Assembly: GCA_038209515.1 (NCBI GenBank)
Contig: JBBQXQ010000003.1
Span: 158-64,157, forward strand
DNA length: 64,000 nt
Direction: 5' to 3'
DNA from: Gemmatimonadales bacterium
GTDB lineage: Bacteria > Gemmatimonadota > Gemmatimonadetes > Gemmatimonadales > GWC2-71-9
In this document: piece after piece, positions 19,222 to 27,829 of the stretch
Layout: each line of letters starts with the position of its first letter
Numbering within the stretch: position 1 is the stretch's first letter
Translations under genes and position numbers: made by a program
The notes under the pieces: generated by a model
Seen by the model: only the letters and a program-made list of their open reading frames with translations
What the model was told of the DNA's origin: nothing
Databases searched by the model: none

Positions 19222-19379
19222 GGAGGCAATATACAGTCGCCCTTGGGGCTCATGTGCAACGCGCCCGGCTCACACCGGGCGCGCTCCAGACGCCTTCTTC
19301 ATCTGGCTAAGGGAAGAACCTGCTTCGACTAATTGCCTGTGCCTACCTACTTCGCGTAGTTGAGGCAGTAGTGAGTCTG

Positions 19380-20249
19380 CTAAGCGGAGAGGCTATCCAG
19401 CTCCTTCACATCTCTCTTGCTCAGCCTGATCTCCGCTGCGGCGACGTTCTCCTCCAAATGCTCGACTGAGGACGTACCCGGAATCACCAGCATTGCGGGC
19501 GACCGCGCCAGTAGCCAGGCTAGGGCGATCTGATACACCGTTGCCCCGTGGCGCTGCGCGACCCGATGGAGCGCCTCGGCCTCCAGGCTGCCCGCCGATA
19601 GCGGAAACCAGGGGATGAATGCGAGACCCTCCCGCTCACAGTACTCGACCTCGTTGTCCCACTTTCGATCGGTCACGTTGTAGCGGTTCTGGACCGACAC
19701 GATGGGCACCACCTTGCGGGCCTGCTCGATCTGGTCCACCGACACCTCGGACAGCCCGACGTGACGGATGAGACCCTCGCGCTGGAATTCCCGGACCGCC
19801 TCGAGCTGCTCCTGAGCGGGGACCTTGGGGTCGATCCGATGAAGCTGCCACAGGTCGATTCGCTCAACCTTGAGGCGCTTGAGACTGCCTTCCAACTTCT
19901 GCCGGAGATTGTCCGGCCGCCCGTTCTCCACCCACTGATCGGGGCCCCGCCGGTCCAGCCCACCCTTGGTGGCGATGACGAGCCCGGGGTAGGGATACAA
20001 CGCCTCGGCGATGAGCTCCTCGGCGACATACGGCCCGTAGGAGTCCGCCGTGTCGAAAAAGTTCACGCCGAGCTCGACGGCCCGTTGCAACACGCGAACG
20101 GCTCGTTCGGGATTCTTCGGCGGACCCCAGATCCCTTTTCCGGTGAGGCGCATGGCTCCGAATCCCATGCGGTTGACGGTCAGGTCTCCGCCGAGCGTGA
20201 CCGTCCCGGCCGCGGCGGCGGGGACGGCGGTCGGTCTGGCGGTGGTCAT
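19380..20249 (-). CDS. Aldo/keto reductase
   Basis: The 289-aa protein carries GFGAMRL, NFFDTADSYG and IDLWQLHRIDP, typical AKR motifs. Confidence 0.85.
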   Translation of the reverse strand: MTTARPTAVPAAAAGTVTLGGDLTVNRMGFGAMRLTGKGIWGPPKNPERAVRVLQRAVELGVNFFDTADSYGPYVAEELIAEALYPYPGLVIATKGGLDRRGPDQWVENGRPDNLRQKLEGSLKRLKVERIDLWQLHRIDPKVPAQEQLEAVREFQREGLIRHVGLSEVSVDQIEQARKVVPIVSVQNRYNVTDRKWDNEVEYCEREGLAFIPWFPLSAGSLEAEALHRVAQRHGATVYQIALAWLLARSPAMLVIPGTSSVEHLEENVAAAEIRLSKRDVKELDSLSA

Positions 20250-20327
20250 GATACGATTCTCCTTCGACGAGTGATTCGGTGTTGCGAACGTTTAGGCAAC
20301 ACACGGCCCCCGACCCAAGTTCCCCCG

Positions 20328-20356
20328 TTCGAATCTGCGGCCGCACGGCGTATACT
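20328..20356 (+). promoter_or_regulatory. Candidate promoter for 20406..21997
   Basis: TTCGAA (20328-20333) is separated by 17 nt from TATACT (20351-20356), about 50 nt upstream of the ATG at 20406. Confidence 0.35.
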
Positions 20357-20405
20357 CTACCAGTCCCCGTCCAGGACCATGCCCTGAAACACCAAGGAGA
20401 CATCC

Positions 20406-20786
20406 ATGCAACTCGGCACGCTCCTTCGCCTCGCCGGCCTGCTCGCGCTCGCGTTCGGGATCGGTTTCCTTTTCGCTCCGGCCAGAGTCCTCGCGATGTA
20501 TGGAGTGGCAGCGGAGCCCACGGTTGGTCTCATGGCCCGCTTCTTCGGCTCCGCGCTGGTCCAGCTTGGATTGGTCCTGTATTTGATCCGCGACGTCAGC
20601 GACCCAACAACCCGGCGCGGCGTGGTAATCGGCTCATTCCTTGGCTCTCTGGCGGGGTTCGTGGTCTCGCTGACGGCACAGTTCTGGGGCCTGATGAACA
20701 GCTTCGGCTGGTCGAGTGTCGCGATCTACGGCGTGCTCCTCCTGGGGTATGGCTCCTTCGTGTTCAGCCGACCGCAAGCCACCTGA
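20406..20786 (+). CDS. Four-helix integral membrane protein, hypothetical
   Basis: The 126-aa protein has four hydrophobic segments. AAGGAGA lies upstream of the ATG. Its stop overlaps the next start (TGATG). Confidence 0.5.
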   Translation: MQLGTLLRLAGLLALAFGIGFLFAPARVLAMYGVAAEPTVGLMARFFGSALVQLGLVLYLIRDVSDPTTRRGVVIGSFLGSLAGFVVSLTAQFWGLMNSFGWSSVAIYGVLLLGYGSFVFSRPQAT

Positions 20787-21997
20787 TGAAGGGGTCGGCC
20801 GGCATGGAACGATGCATTTCGATGATCTGTTGGTTGCTGCTCCTGAGTCCGGCCTTGGCGCAGGCACAACGCCAACCGGCGAAAGGCGAGCCGGCAGGAT
20901 GGCGGGCGTTCGTCCAGTCGTTCGATTCTTACGCTATGGCGGACAGTGTAGTCGGAGCCAGCGCCCTGATCATCGAGGACGGGCGAGTGATCGCACACCA
21001 TGAGCGCGGTCTGGCCGATCGCGCCCGCCGCGAGCCGATAGATGAGCGCACCATCTACCACTGGGCATCCATTACCAAGACACTCACCGCCATCGCCATC
21101 ATGCAGCTGCGCGACCGGGGCCGCCTCACCCTGGACGACAAAGTGACGAGCTACATCCCCGAACTGCGCCAGGTGCACAACCGGTTCGGCTCCATGGACG
21201 CGATCACCATCCGCATGCTGCTCTCCCACACCGCGGGGTTTCAGAACCCGACCTGGCCCTACAAGGCGGGCAAGTCCTGGGAGCCGTTCGAGCCCACCCG
21301 CTGGGAGCAGCTGGTGTCGATGATGCCGTACCAGGAGATCGAATTCCGGCCAGGATCGCAGTTCGGCTACAGCAACCCCGCCTTCATCTATCTGGCCCGG
21401 ATCATCGAGCAGCTGACCGGAGATCCGTACGAGGTGTACATCCAGAAGAACATCTGGACCCCGCTCGGACTGAGCCGCAGTTATTTCGGGGTCACGCCGT
21501 ATCATTTGGCGCGGTGGCGCTCGAACAACTACACCCTCCAGCGGGACAGCTCCGGCGTCGAGTCGGTAGTTGCCAATGGCCGGGACTTCGATCCCGGCAT
21601 CACCATCCCGAACGGCGGATGGAATGCTCCCCTCAGCGATCTGGTCAAGTATGCCACCTTTCTTACCAACGCCACGCACGGTGATACGGCTACGAAGCAG
21701 ATCTATGACACGGTCCTCAAGCGCAGCTCGATCGAGGAGATGTGGCAGCCGGTCATGCAGCTTCCGCCATCGAGCACGTATGGCTCCGGAGTCGGGCTAT
21801 CGTTCTTCCTGGTGCCTCAGGGACTGGTCGAGCACAGCGGGTCTCAAGGGGGGTTCAGATCGCTTCTCGTGATCAATCCGCGCACTTCACAGGCAATCAT
21901 CTTCGCAGTGAACACGGCGAACGAGGCGAATTCTGAGCAGTCCGAGAAGGGGCTGACCGCGCTGGTTGCCAGGGCCCGGGCCATGATCGCGCACTGA
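20786..21997 (+). CDS. Serine hydrolase, beta-lactamase family (secreted)
   Basis: It has a signal peptide (MERCISMICWLLLLSPALAQA) and the SxxK motif WASITK. The first 169 codons of the track ORF 20279..21997 overlap the upstream gene and are rejected. Confidence 0.8.
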   Translation: MKGSAGMERCISMICWLLLLSPALAQAQRQPAKGEPAGWRAFVQSFDSYAMADSVVGASALIIEDGRVIAHHERGLADRARREPIDERTIYHWASITKTLTAIAIMQLRDRGRLTLDDKVTSYIPELRQVHNRFGSMDAITIRMLLSHTAGFQNPTWPYKAGKSWEPFEPTRWEQLVSMMPYQEIEFRPGSQFGYSNPAFIYLARIIEQLTGDPYEVYIQKNIWTPLGLSRSYFGVTPYHLARWRSNNYTLQRDSSGVESVVANGRDFDPGITIPNGGWNAPLSDLVKYATFLTNATHGDTATKQIYDTVLKRSSIEEMWQPVMQLPPSSTYGSGVGLSFFLVPQGLVEHSGSQGGFRSLLVINPRTSQAIIFAVNTANEANSEQSEKGLTALVARARAMIAH

Positions 21998-22007
21998 GGG
22001 GGGCATC

Positions 22008-22241
22008 ATGCTGTGCCAACGTTGTGGTGAGCGCGAGGCCGAGATCTTTCAGACCCAGCAGGTCGGCGGCAAGTCCTACAGCCGGGATCTGTGCTCCGTA
22101 TGCGCGAAGGTTGATTACGGGGTGTTCCTGGGCGCGCTGCTCCAATCGCAGGCGCCTGGCGCTCGGCCCTTGACCACGGAAGAAGAAGAGGAGCTGCGCC
22201 GGGTGTTGGACGACGCAGCTCCTCCCGAGGACCCAGGCTGA
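22008..22241 (+). CDS. Small CxxC...CxxC protein, hypothetical
   Basis: The 77-aa protein has CQRC and CSVC pairs and an acidic tail. It starts 10 nt after the upstream stop. Confidence 0.4.
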   Translation: MLCQRCGEREAEIFQTQQVGGKSYSRDLCSVCAKVDYGVFLGALLQSQAPGARPLTTEEEEELRRVLDDAAPPEDPG

Positions 22242-22248
22242 AGGAAGT

Positions 22249-23289
22249 TCAGTCCTCGCCGGTACAATCCTCCAACGTGTCGCTCACCGCCTCCACCGAT
22301 GCGCGGCTCGAGTCGCTCAATCCCACGATACTGCCGGTGCTGGAATCAGGTACCGCGCTCGAGTCAGGCGTGGTGGTCGAATCAGCCGAGCCCCGCCACG
22401 CTTCGATCTCGGACTGAAATCTGGTCGAGAAGACTCCCAGATCCACCGGCTCAGACTCCGGCTGCTGCCCCGCAGCGGTCACTCGGGCCAGGCTGGCGGA
22501 CGCCTTGGCATAGCTGGTGTCTACCGCAATGGCAGCCTCGTACTCCTTCGCGGCAGCGACCGGGTAGCCGGTCCGCTCGAGCGCCGTGCCCAGATTGTTC
22601 AGAAACACCGGAGAATTGCTTCTGAGCTCGACGGCCCGGGCCAGCGCCGGGAGAGCATCGGCACTCCGGCCCTGTTCGATATAGATCAGGCCCAGGTTGT
22701 TCATCGCCCAGACATCGTGCTCATCGAGGGAGAGGGCGCGGTGATACACCTCGATCGCGCCGTCCACGTCGTTGAGCTGGTACTTGGCGCGCCCGAGCAG
22801 CCGCAACCCTTCGTTGGACATGGGCTCCAGGGCCAGCGCCTTCTCTATGCGCTCCAGAGCCGGCTTGGGCTGACCCACCTCGAGCAGGACCCGGCTCGAG
22901 TTAAACAGGCTCTTCCGATGGCTCGGGTCGAGCTGTAGCGCGTGGTCGAACGCCTCTGTCGCCCGCCCCGGCTCACCTGACTTCCAGGCAGACAGTCCGA
23001 GCATGTAGTAGCCCCAGGGGTTCTCCGGGTTGCTCTCGGCGTACGCGGTAAAGAGCCGGGTCGCCTCGGAATAGCGACCCTCGGTGAAGACTCCTTCGGC
23101 GGACTCGTACGTAACCGGGGTTGCCACGGAGCCGATGCTGGCGGACTCCGTCGATGAGCTTGCCGAAACGGTCGGCGTGGTGGCGCCGGCCGACTCGGAC
23201 GTGGTCTTCGGCCGATCCGTGCCACGGCATCCAGCGGCGAGGGTCATGAGGGTCAAGGCGAAGACGGTGACGGCATTCGGGCGAGACAT
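22249..23289 (-). CDS. TPR-repeat lipoprotein
   Basis: The start is set to ATG 23289 (MSRPNAVTVFALTLMTLAAGC lipobox, with GGAGGAG upstream). It has a Ser/Thr-rich linker followed by about 6 TPR units (WGYYMLGLSAW, AMNNLGLIYIEQGR). Confidence 0.75.
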   Translation of the reverse strand: MSRPNAVTVFALTLMTLAAGCRGTDRPKTTSESAGATTPTVSASSSTESASIGSVATPVTYESAEGVFTEGRYSEATRLFTAYAESNPENPWGYYMLGLSAWKSGEPGRATEAFDHALQLDPSHRKSLFNSSRVLLEVGQPKPALERIEKALALEPMSNEGLRLLGRAKYQLNDVDGAIEVYHRALSLDEHDVWAMNNLGLIYIEQGRSADALPALARAVELRSNSPVFLNNLGTALERTGYPVAAAKEYEAAIAVDTSYAKASASLARVTAAGQQPESEPVDLGVFSTRFQSEIEAWRGSADSTTTPDSSAVPDSSTGSIVGLSDSSRASVEAVSDTLEDCTGED

Positions 23290-23354
23290 GGATCTCCTCC
23301 TTACTTGTGGCGCGCTTGGCGCCGTGAGTGGACCAGCGGACGCCACTCGTGAGG

Positions 23355-23369
23355 GCAAGCCGCCGGCCA
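23355..23369 (-). promoter_or_regulatory. Candidate sigma-54 (-24/-12) promoter upstream of the TPR lipoprotein gene
   Basis: The minus strand reads TGGCCGGCGGCTTGC. The GG and GC elements have the canonical spacing of TGGCAC-N5-TTGC. The element lies about 55-65 nt upstream of ATG 23289. Confidence 0.4.
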
Positions 23370-23485
23370 CAGAGACGGAGCGCCGGGAGATGGTAGGAGT
23401 TATCTGGGAGAGAAGGAGTTACCTGAAGCGAGGAGCACCAGTACCGGAGAGATCGTGTTCCGATGGACACGGAAACGGGAGGGTG

Positions 23486-23507
23486 CTCGTGTCCGGCGGG
23501 ACACGAG
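23486..23507 (-). promoter_or_regulatory. Perfect 9-4-9 palindrome: either an activator-binding site or the terminator of the upstream operon
   Basis: The sequence is CTCGTGTCC-GGCG-GGACACGAG, 6 nt downstream of the activator gene stop and about 140 nt upstream of the candidate -12 element. An extra half-site GGACACG lies at 23465-23471. Confidence 0.4.
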
Positions 23508-23512
23508 GAGAT

Positions 23513-24868
23513 TCACTCCCGTTTCACCTCCAGGCGGCGCATGACCTTGAGCAGGCTCGCGTGATCGGCGAGTCCGAGCTCTTCCGCGGTGCGGGTGATG
23601 TGCCACTCATTCCGCTCCAGAGCGGCGATGACGATCTGCCGCTCGGCCTCCAGCCGGAGACTGTGGAAGCTCCGTTCCCCGTCGGCGCGGGACACCCGGC
23701 TTCTATCCAGGATATCGGACGGCACGTGCTCGGCACGCAGCACGTCGCCGTCGGCGGCGATGATCATTCGCTCGAGCACGTTCCGCAGTTCCCGCACGTT
23801 GTTCTGGGACCAGTCATAACCCATCAGGACATCCAGGGCATCGCCGGAGAGCTTTTTGACTCGGATGCCGAAGCGCTCGCAGATGGCGGCGATGAACCGG
23901 GTCGCCAGCTCCGGAATATCGGAGATCCGGTCGCGCAGGGGCGGCACGCGCACGAGGTGCACGTTGATCCGATAGTACAGATCCTGGCGGAACCGGCCGG
24001 CCGCGACCTCCGCCTCGAGGTCTCGATTGGTGGCCGCGACGACTCTGGCTTCGACGGGAATCGACCGGCTGGCGCCGAGCCGGGTGACCCGGCGCTCCTC
24101 GAGCACGCGGAGGAGCTTGGCTTGCGCGGGGAGCGGCAGCTCACCGATCTCATCCAGAAAGAGGGTGCCACGATCCGTCGACTCGAACGCCCCTTTTCTG
24201 GTGTTTGCGGCACCGGTGAAGGCGCCTCGCTCGTGGCCGAAGAGCTCGCTCTCGACCAGATGCTCGGGGAGAGCCGCGCTGTTGATCGCCACGAACGGAC
24301 CGCTGGGGAACGGCCCCAGGCGGTGGAGATCACGGGCAACGAGCTCCTTGCCCGACCCGCTCTCGCCGATGATGAGAACGGGACTCGGGATCGGTGCCAC
24401 CCGGGCGATCGCTTCGCGGAGGCGGGCTATGGCGGGACTCGAGCCGACCAGAGAGGTCTCAACCCCGAGCTTCCGCTGCAGGGCGGCCACCTCGGTGCGG
24501 AGCCGCTTTCGCTCGATCGCCGCCTGCACTTCCTGAACGACGTGCTCCATCGGCTCGGCTTTATCGATGAACCCGTACGCTCCGAGCCGGACGGCCTGGA
24601 TGCAGCGCTCGTAATTCCCGGTGCCGGTATAGACGATGACCGGTACTTCATTCCCGAGGCGTTCCAGGGCTCGCAAGACCTCGAAGCCATCCATGCCGGG
24701 CATCTCGAGGTCGAGGATCATACAGTCGACAGCGGAGCCGGCCAGAAGATCCAGGGCTCGCTTGCCATCGCCGGCTGTGAGCACCTCGTACCCGGCAAGG
24801 CGCTCGAGGTCGTAGGCGTACTGGCCGGCCATGGTGGGAACATCATCCACGACGAGGACCACGGTCAT
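23513..24868 (-). CDS. Sigma-54-dependent response regulator (NtrC family)
   Basis: It has a REC domain (VLVVDDVP...DLEMPGMDG), an AAA+ domain with GESGSGKE and the GAFTGA motif (HERGAFTGA), and a C-terminal HTH. Confidence 0.9.
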   Translation of the reverse strand: MTVVLVVDDVPTMAGQYAYDLERLAGYEVLTAGDGKRALDLLAGSAVDCMILDLEMPGMDGFEVLRALERLGNEVPVIVYTGTGNYERCIQAVRLGAYGFIDKAEPMEHVVQEVQAAIERKRLRTEVAALQRKLGVETSLVGSSPAIARLREAIARVAPIPSPVLIIGESGSGKELVARDLHRLGPFPSGPFVAINSAALPEHLVESELFGHERGAFTGAANTRKGAFESTDRGTLFLDEIGELPLPAQAKLLRVLEERRVTRLGASRSIPVEARVVAATNRDLEAEVAAGRFRQDLYYRINVHLVRVPPLRDRISDIPELATRFIAAICERFGIRVKKLSGDALDVLMGYDWSQNNVRELRNVLERMIIAADGDVLRAEHVPSDILDRSRVSRADGERSFHSLRLEAERQIVIAALERNEWHITRTAEELGLADHASLLKVMRRLEVKRE

Positions 24869-26565
24869 GGTGCCGGTGCCGCCGGAGCGGAGGAAGCGGT
24901 GGGGAACTCGAGGACCACGCGGGTGCCGGCTCCGGGCTCGGTCTCGATCCGAAGCACTCCATCCAGGTCCATGACGAGCCGCCGCACGATCGAGAGACCC
25001 AGGCCAGTTCCCCCGGCCTTGGTCGTGTAGAAGTCGTCGAACGCTCGCTCCAGCTGTTCACGGGTCATTCCAGGCCCGGTGTCTGCCACTGTTATCCGGA
25101 CCCGATCCGGCTTGCTGCCCGCAGTTTCTTCGGTCGAGACCGTCACGATTCCACCTTTCCTCCCCGCCAGGCTATCGACCGCGTTTCCGATCAGATTCTC
25201 CAGGATTCGCCGCACCATGAGGCTGTCACCCAGCACCGGAGGGAGTCGTTCGCTCAGCCGGGCCTGGATCTCCACCCCGTCGCTCATGGTATTCCGCAGA
25301 ATCTGATCCACGACGGCGTTCAGGTCGCACGGCCTGCGTTCCAGTGCGGGTGACAGCCGGGCATAGTTTCGGGCCAGGGTCTCGAGGTACTCGACGCTCG
25401 ACTCCAGCGTGCTTCGCCGATCCTCGAATGCCGTGGGGAGGAGCTGAGGGTCCTGGCGGCCGACCTGGGAGAGGTGGCGCAGCACGTTGCGGATCGGCGC
25501 GAGCCCGTTCTTGATGTCGTGATTCACCTGCCGGGCCAGGTCGCCCACGGCAGCTCGACGCTCCACCTCTCGCAGCCGAGCAGAGCCGACCCGGAGTCGC
25601 TCGGTCATGGCGCCGAGCAGGCGAGAGAGCGCGCCGATCTCGTCGGGGCGATCGCTTTCGAAGCTCTGGTCCAGGCGGTCGAGGTCGATCTCCGAGGTCT
25701 TCCGCGCCAGGTCCCTGAGCGGCCGGCTGATTCTCGAGGAGAGCCAGGCTGCTCCGATCAGGGCCACTGCGACCGTAAGCGCCAGTGCGATCATGAGCCA
25801 CCGGTCCACGCTCTGCCGCAATGCCTTGATCGTACCGAACGATTGGGTGATGACGAACCGAGCGGTGTCGACTCTCTCGTTCTGAGCCAGAAGGTCGAGA
25901 AAGGGGAGCGGAAGCTCGCGGAGGATACGTGCGCCCTGTGATGTGTCAGGCTGCCAGCCGGGCCGCGTTACCAAAGCCACCGTCAGCTCCCCATCTCGAG
26001 CAAGGCGGCCGAGCAGGCGGCCTTCGGCCTCGGCCCCCCCGACAATGGTGAACCGCCGACCTCCCACCTGGAACGAATGGACCCGCGCCAGGGCCAGTAT
26101 AGTCGTGTCCGGAGTTCGCGTCCGCACCAGCGCCAAACCGCCGGCCGCAGCCAGCATCCGAGGGAGCTCGGGTTGCAGCCGATCGAACTCGTTCCGGAAG
26201 TGGCCGGAGCTCAAAATTCGTCCCGCGCTATCCTGGATCTGGAGCAGGGAAAGGCCGGACAGGCTCATGGCGTTGCCGGCATAGTCGAGAAGGTAGCGCC
26301 GCGATGACGGCTCGCCCCGAACAGCCGCAAGCCGGAAGCGATCGCTCCGGCCGAGCTCCGAGGCGAGTGCCCTCAGCCGGGCGGCAACTGTCCGGCTCTC
26401 TCCATCGAGATCGGCAGCTATGACCGAAACCAGCGACCGGATTCTGCCCTCATACTCACTCGTCAAACGCCGTTCCATCTCGCTCCGGACGCCGTAGGCC
26501 AGAGCTCCCAGCGGAACCAGCACGGCCAGGACCAGCGCGAAAAAGAGACGGGTACGAAAGCTCAC
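24865..26565 (-). CDS. Sensor histidine kinase (two TM, HAMP, HisKA, HATPase)
   Basis: It has an H-box region (ARQVNHDIKNGL) and ATPase boxes NLIGNAVDS, DTGPGM and GGTGLGLSIV. It overlaps both neighbours by 4 nt. Confidence 0.85.
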   Translation of the reverse strand: MSFRTRLFFALVLAVLVPLGALAYGVRSEMERRLTSEYEGRIRSLVSVIAADLDGESRTVAARLRALASELGRSDRFRLAAVRGEPSSRRYLLDYAGNAMSLSGLSLLQIQDSAGRILSSGHFRNEFDRLQPELPRMLAAAGGLALVRTRTPDTTILALARVHSFQVGGRRFTIVGGAEAEGRLLGRLARDGELTVALVTRPGWQPDTSQGARILRELPLPFLDLLAQNERVDTARFVITQSFGTIKALRQSVDRWLMIALALTVAVALIGAAWLSSRISRPLRDLARKTSEIDLDRLDQSFESDRPDEIGALSRLLGAMTERLRVGSARLREVERRAAVGDLARQVNHDIKNGLAPIRNVLRHLSQVGRQDPQLLPTAFEDRRSTLESSVEYLETLARNYARLSPALERRPCDLNAVVDQILRNTMSDGVEIQARLSERLPPVLGDSLMVRRILENLIGNAVDSLAGRKGGIVTVSTEETAGSKPDRVRITVADTGPGMTREQLERAFDDFYTTKAGGTGLGLSIVRRLVMDLDGVLRIETEPGAGTRVVLEFPTASSAPAAPAP

Positions 26566-27794
26566 CGTGAGCCCCTCGATCTCTCTTCCTTGCCGACCAC
26601 GTTGATGCTGCCACTCCAGTCGATTGAGAGCGGGGGAGCGCCACGCCGCACGATCGCGCGAGCCCGGGTATCGATCAGCGGCTCGAGCCAGCCGCCGGTG
26701 GGTAAGGCGGCCGACGCGTGACAGGGCGCGGCAACATTACGGGGCAAGAACACGATATAGCCCCGTTCCCGGCGGTCCCGGAGCGCGGCAGCCAATTCTA
26801 TTTCGCCGAGGCCCGCGGCTCTCAACTGGGTGTTTCCGGACAGGGCGACGATCCGCTCGGCCAGCGACCTGGCGATCTCATCTGTTCGGGAATAGACGAG
26901 GCGTGATGACGGGGGCAGGGTCACCCCCATCAGCACATCCGGCCTGCAGGATTGAGGGCCACTCCACCAGAAGGGCGGCTGCGCCGGACGCGCCTCTGCC
27001 TGGACTACATCACTGGCCAGCGAGCGACGTAGGGAATCCGCCCCGGGTATCCCGCTGATCGGCTGAGTGCCGGTGAACTGCAGCAGAGCGTACGTGCGGC
27101 CCCAAGGCAGCGGGAAGGTGACGAATTCCGGTCGGCTCGCGACGTATTCGGCGACGGCCGGGTCACGAGTGACAACGAGATCAACTCCGCGGTCGAGCGC
27201 GTCCCGCGGATCGCCGGCCTGGCTCAGCTCGAACTCGATGGGTGGATCGTTCGGAACCACCACTCGACCCGAGGGGTCGTGGATAGCAGCAACGCGGCGG
27301 TCCACGGAGAGGAGCGGATCGGCAAAGAGACGGGGGGCGCTGTCCCGGCTGGCCCGCAGGGTAACCCGCAGCGTGCGGTCGTCCAGGGCAGCCGCAGAGT
27401 CGATTCCCAGGGCCTGGATGCCGGGCTCACGAGCTTTCCAGCTCGATGCCACAGCTCCAGCCGTGATCGGTGGGTAGTCCGTGAACTGACCGGGCTCAGG
27501 AAAGGTGAACGTCCAGATGCGGCCGGTGCTGTCGCTGCTCCAAGCATCCGCAATACCCGGGCGGATCTCCCCCCGACAGTCGACCCGAACCAGCGTCTCG
27601 AAGAGCTGGCGGAAGAGGAGTCGCTCGCTGTCGTTGGCGGGGTTGGATACTCGAGCCCAATCCACCGGATCCGTCAAAGCAACGGTAAAGGTGTCGAGGG
27701 AGGCAGCCGAGTCCCCGGACAGATGGCATTCGTCTCGTTGGTCGGGTGCGACCAGCGGCGGGGGCGCCGGCCTCGAGCTACAAGCCGCCAGCAA
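26562..27794 (-). CDS. Solute-binding-protein-like lipoprotein (family-5 SBP-like); the start region is anomalous
   Basis: The motif LFETLVRVDCRGEIRPGIADAWSSDSTGRIWTFTF resembles peptide/nickel-type SBPs. A lipobox LAAC sits at codons 2-5 of the track ORF. The obvious ATG (27816) is 1 nt out of frame. Confidence 0.6.
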   Translation of the reverse strand: MLAACSSRPAPPPLVAPDQRDECHLSGDSAASLDTFTVALTDPVDWARVSNPANDSERLLFRQLFETLVRVDCRGEIRPGIADAWSSDSTGRIWTFTFPEPGQFTDYPPITAGAVASSWKAREPGIQALGIDSAAALDDRTLRVTLRASRDSAPRLFADPLLSVDRRVAAIHDPSGRVVVPNDPPIEFELSQAGDPRDALDRGVDLVVTRDPAVAEYVASRPEFVTFPLPWGRTYALLQFTGTQPISGIPGADSLRRSLASDVVQAEARPAQPPFWWSGPQSCRPDVLMGVTLPPSSRLVYSRTDEIARSLAERIVALSGNTQLRAAGLGEIELAAALRDRRERGYIVFLPRNVAAPCHASAALPTGGWLEPLIDTRARAIVRRGAPPLSIDWSGSINVVGKEERSRGSR

Positions 27795-27829
27795 TAAGAG
27801 GAGAACGATGCCGCATGGTGCGGCCGCCG

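Noticed and set aside
19259-19282. The hairpin GCGCCCGG-ctcaca-CCGGGCGC between the mutS start and the reductase stop, considered as a terminator
   Set aside because: No T/U-rich tract follows on either strand. Its position is compatible with a terminator for the reductase gene, but the evidence is weak, so it is not listed as a feature.
20279-20785. The N-terminal extension of the serine hydrolase ORF (track 20279..21997)
   Set aside because: It overlaps the 20406..20786 membrane-protein gene in another frame and precedes an obvious signal peptide at 20786.
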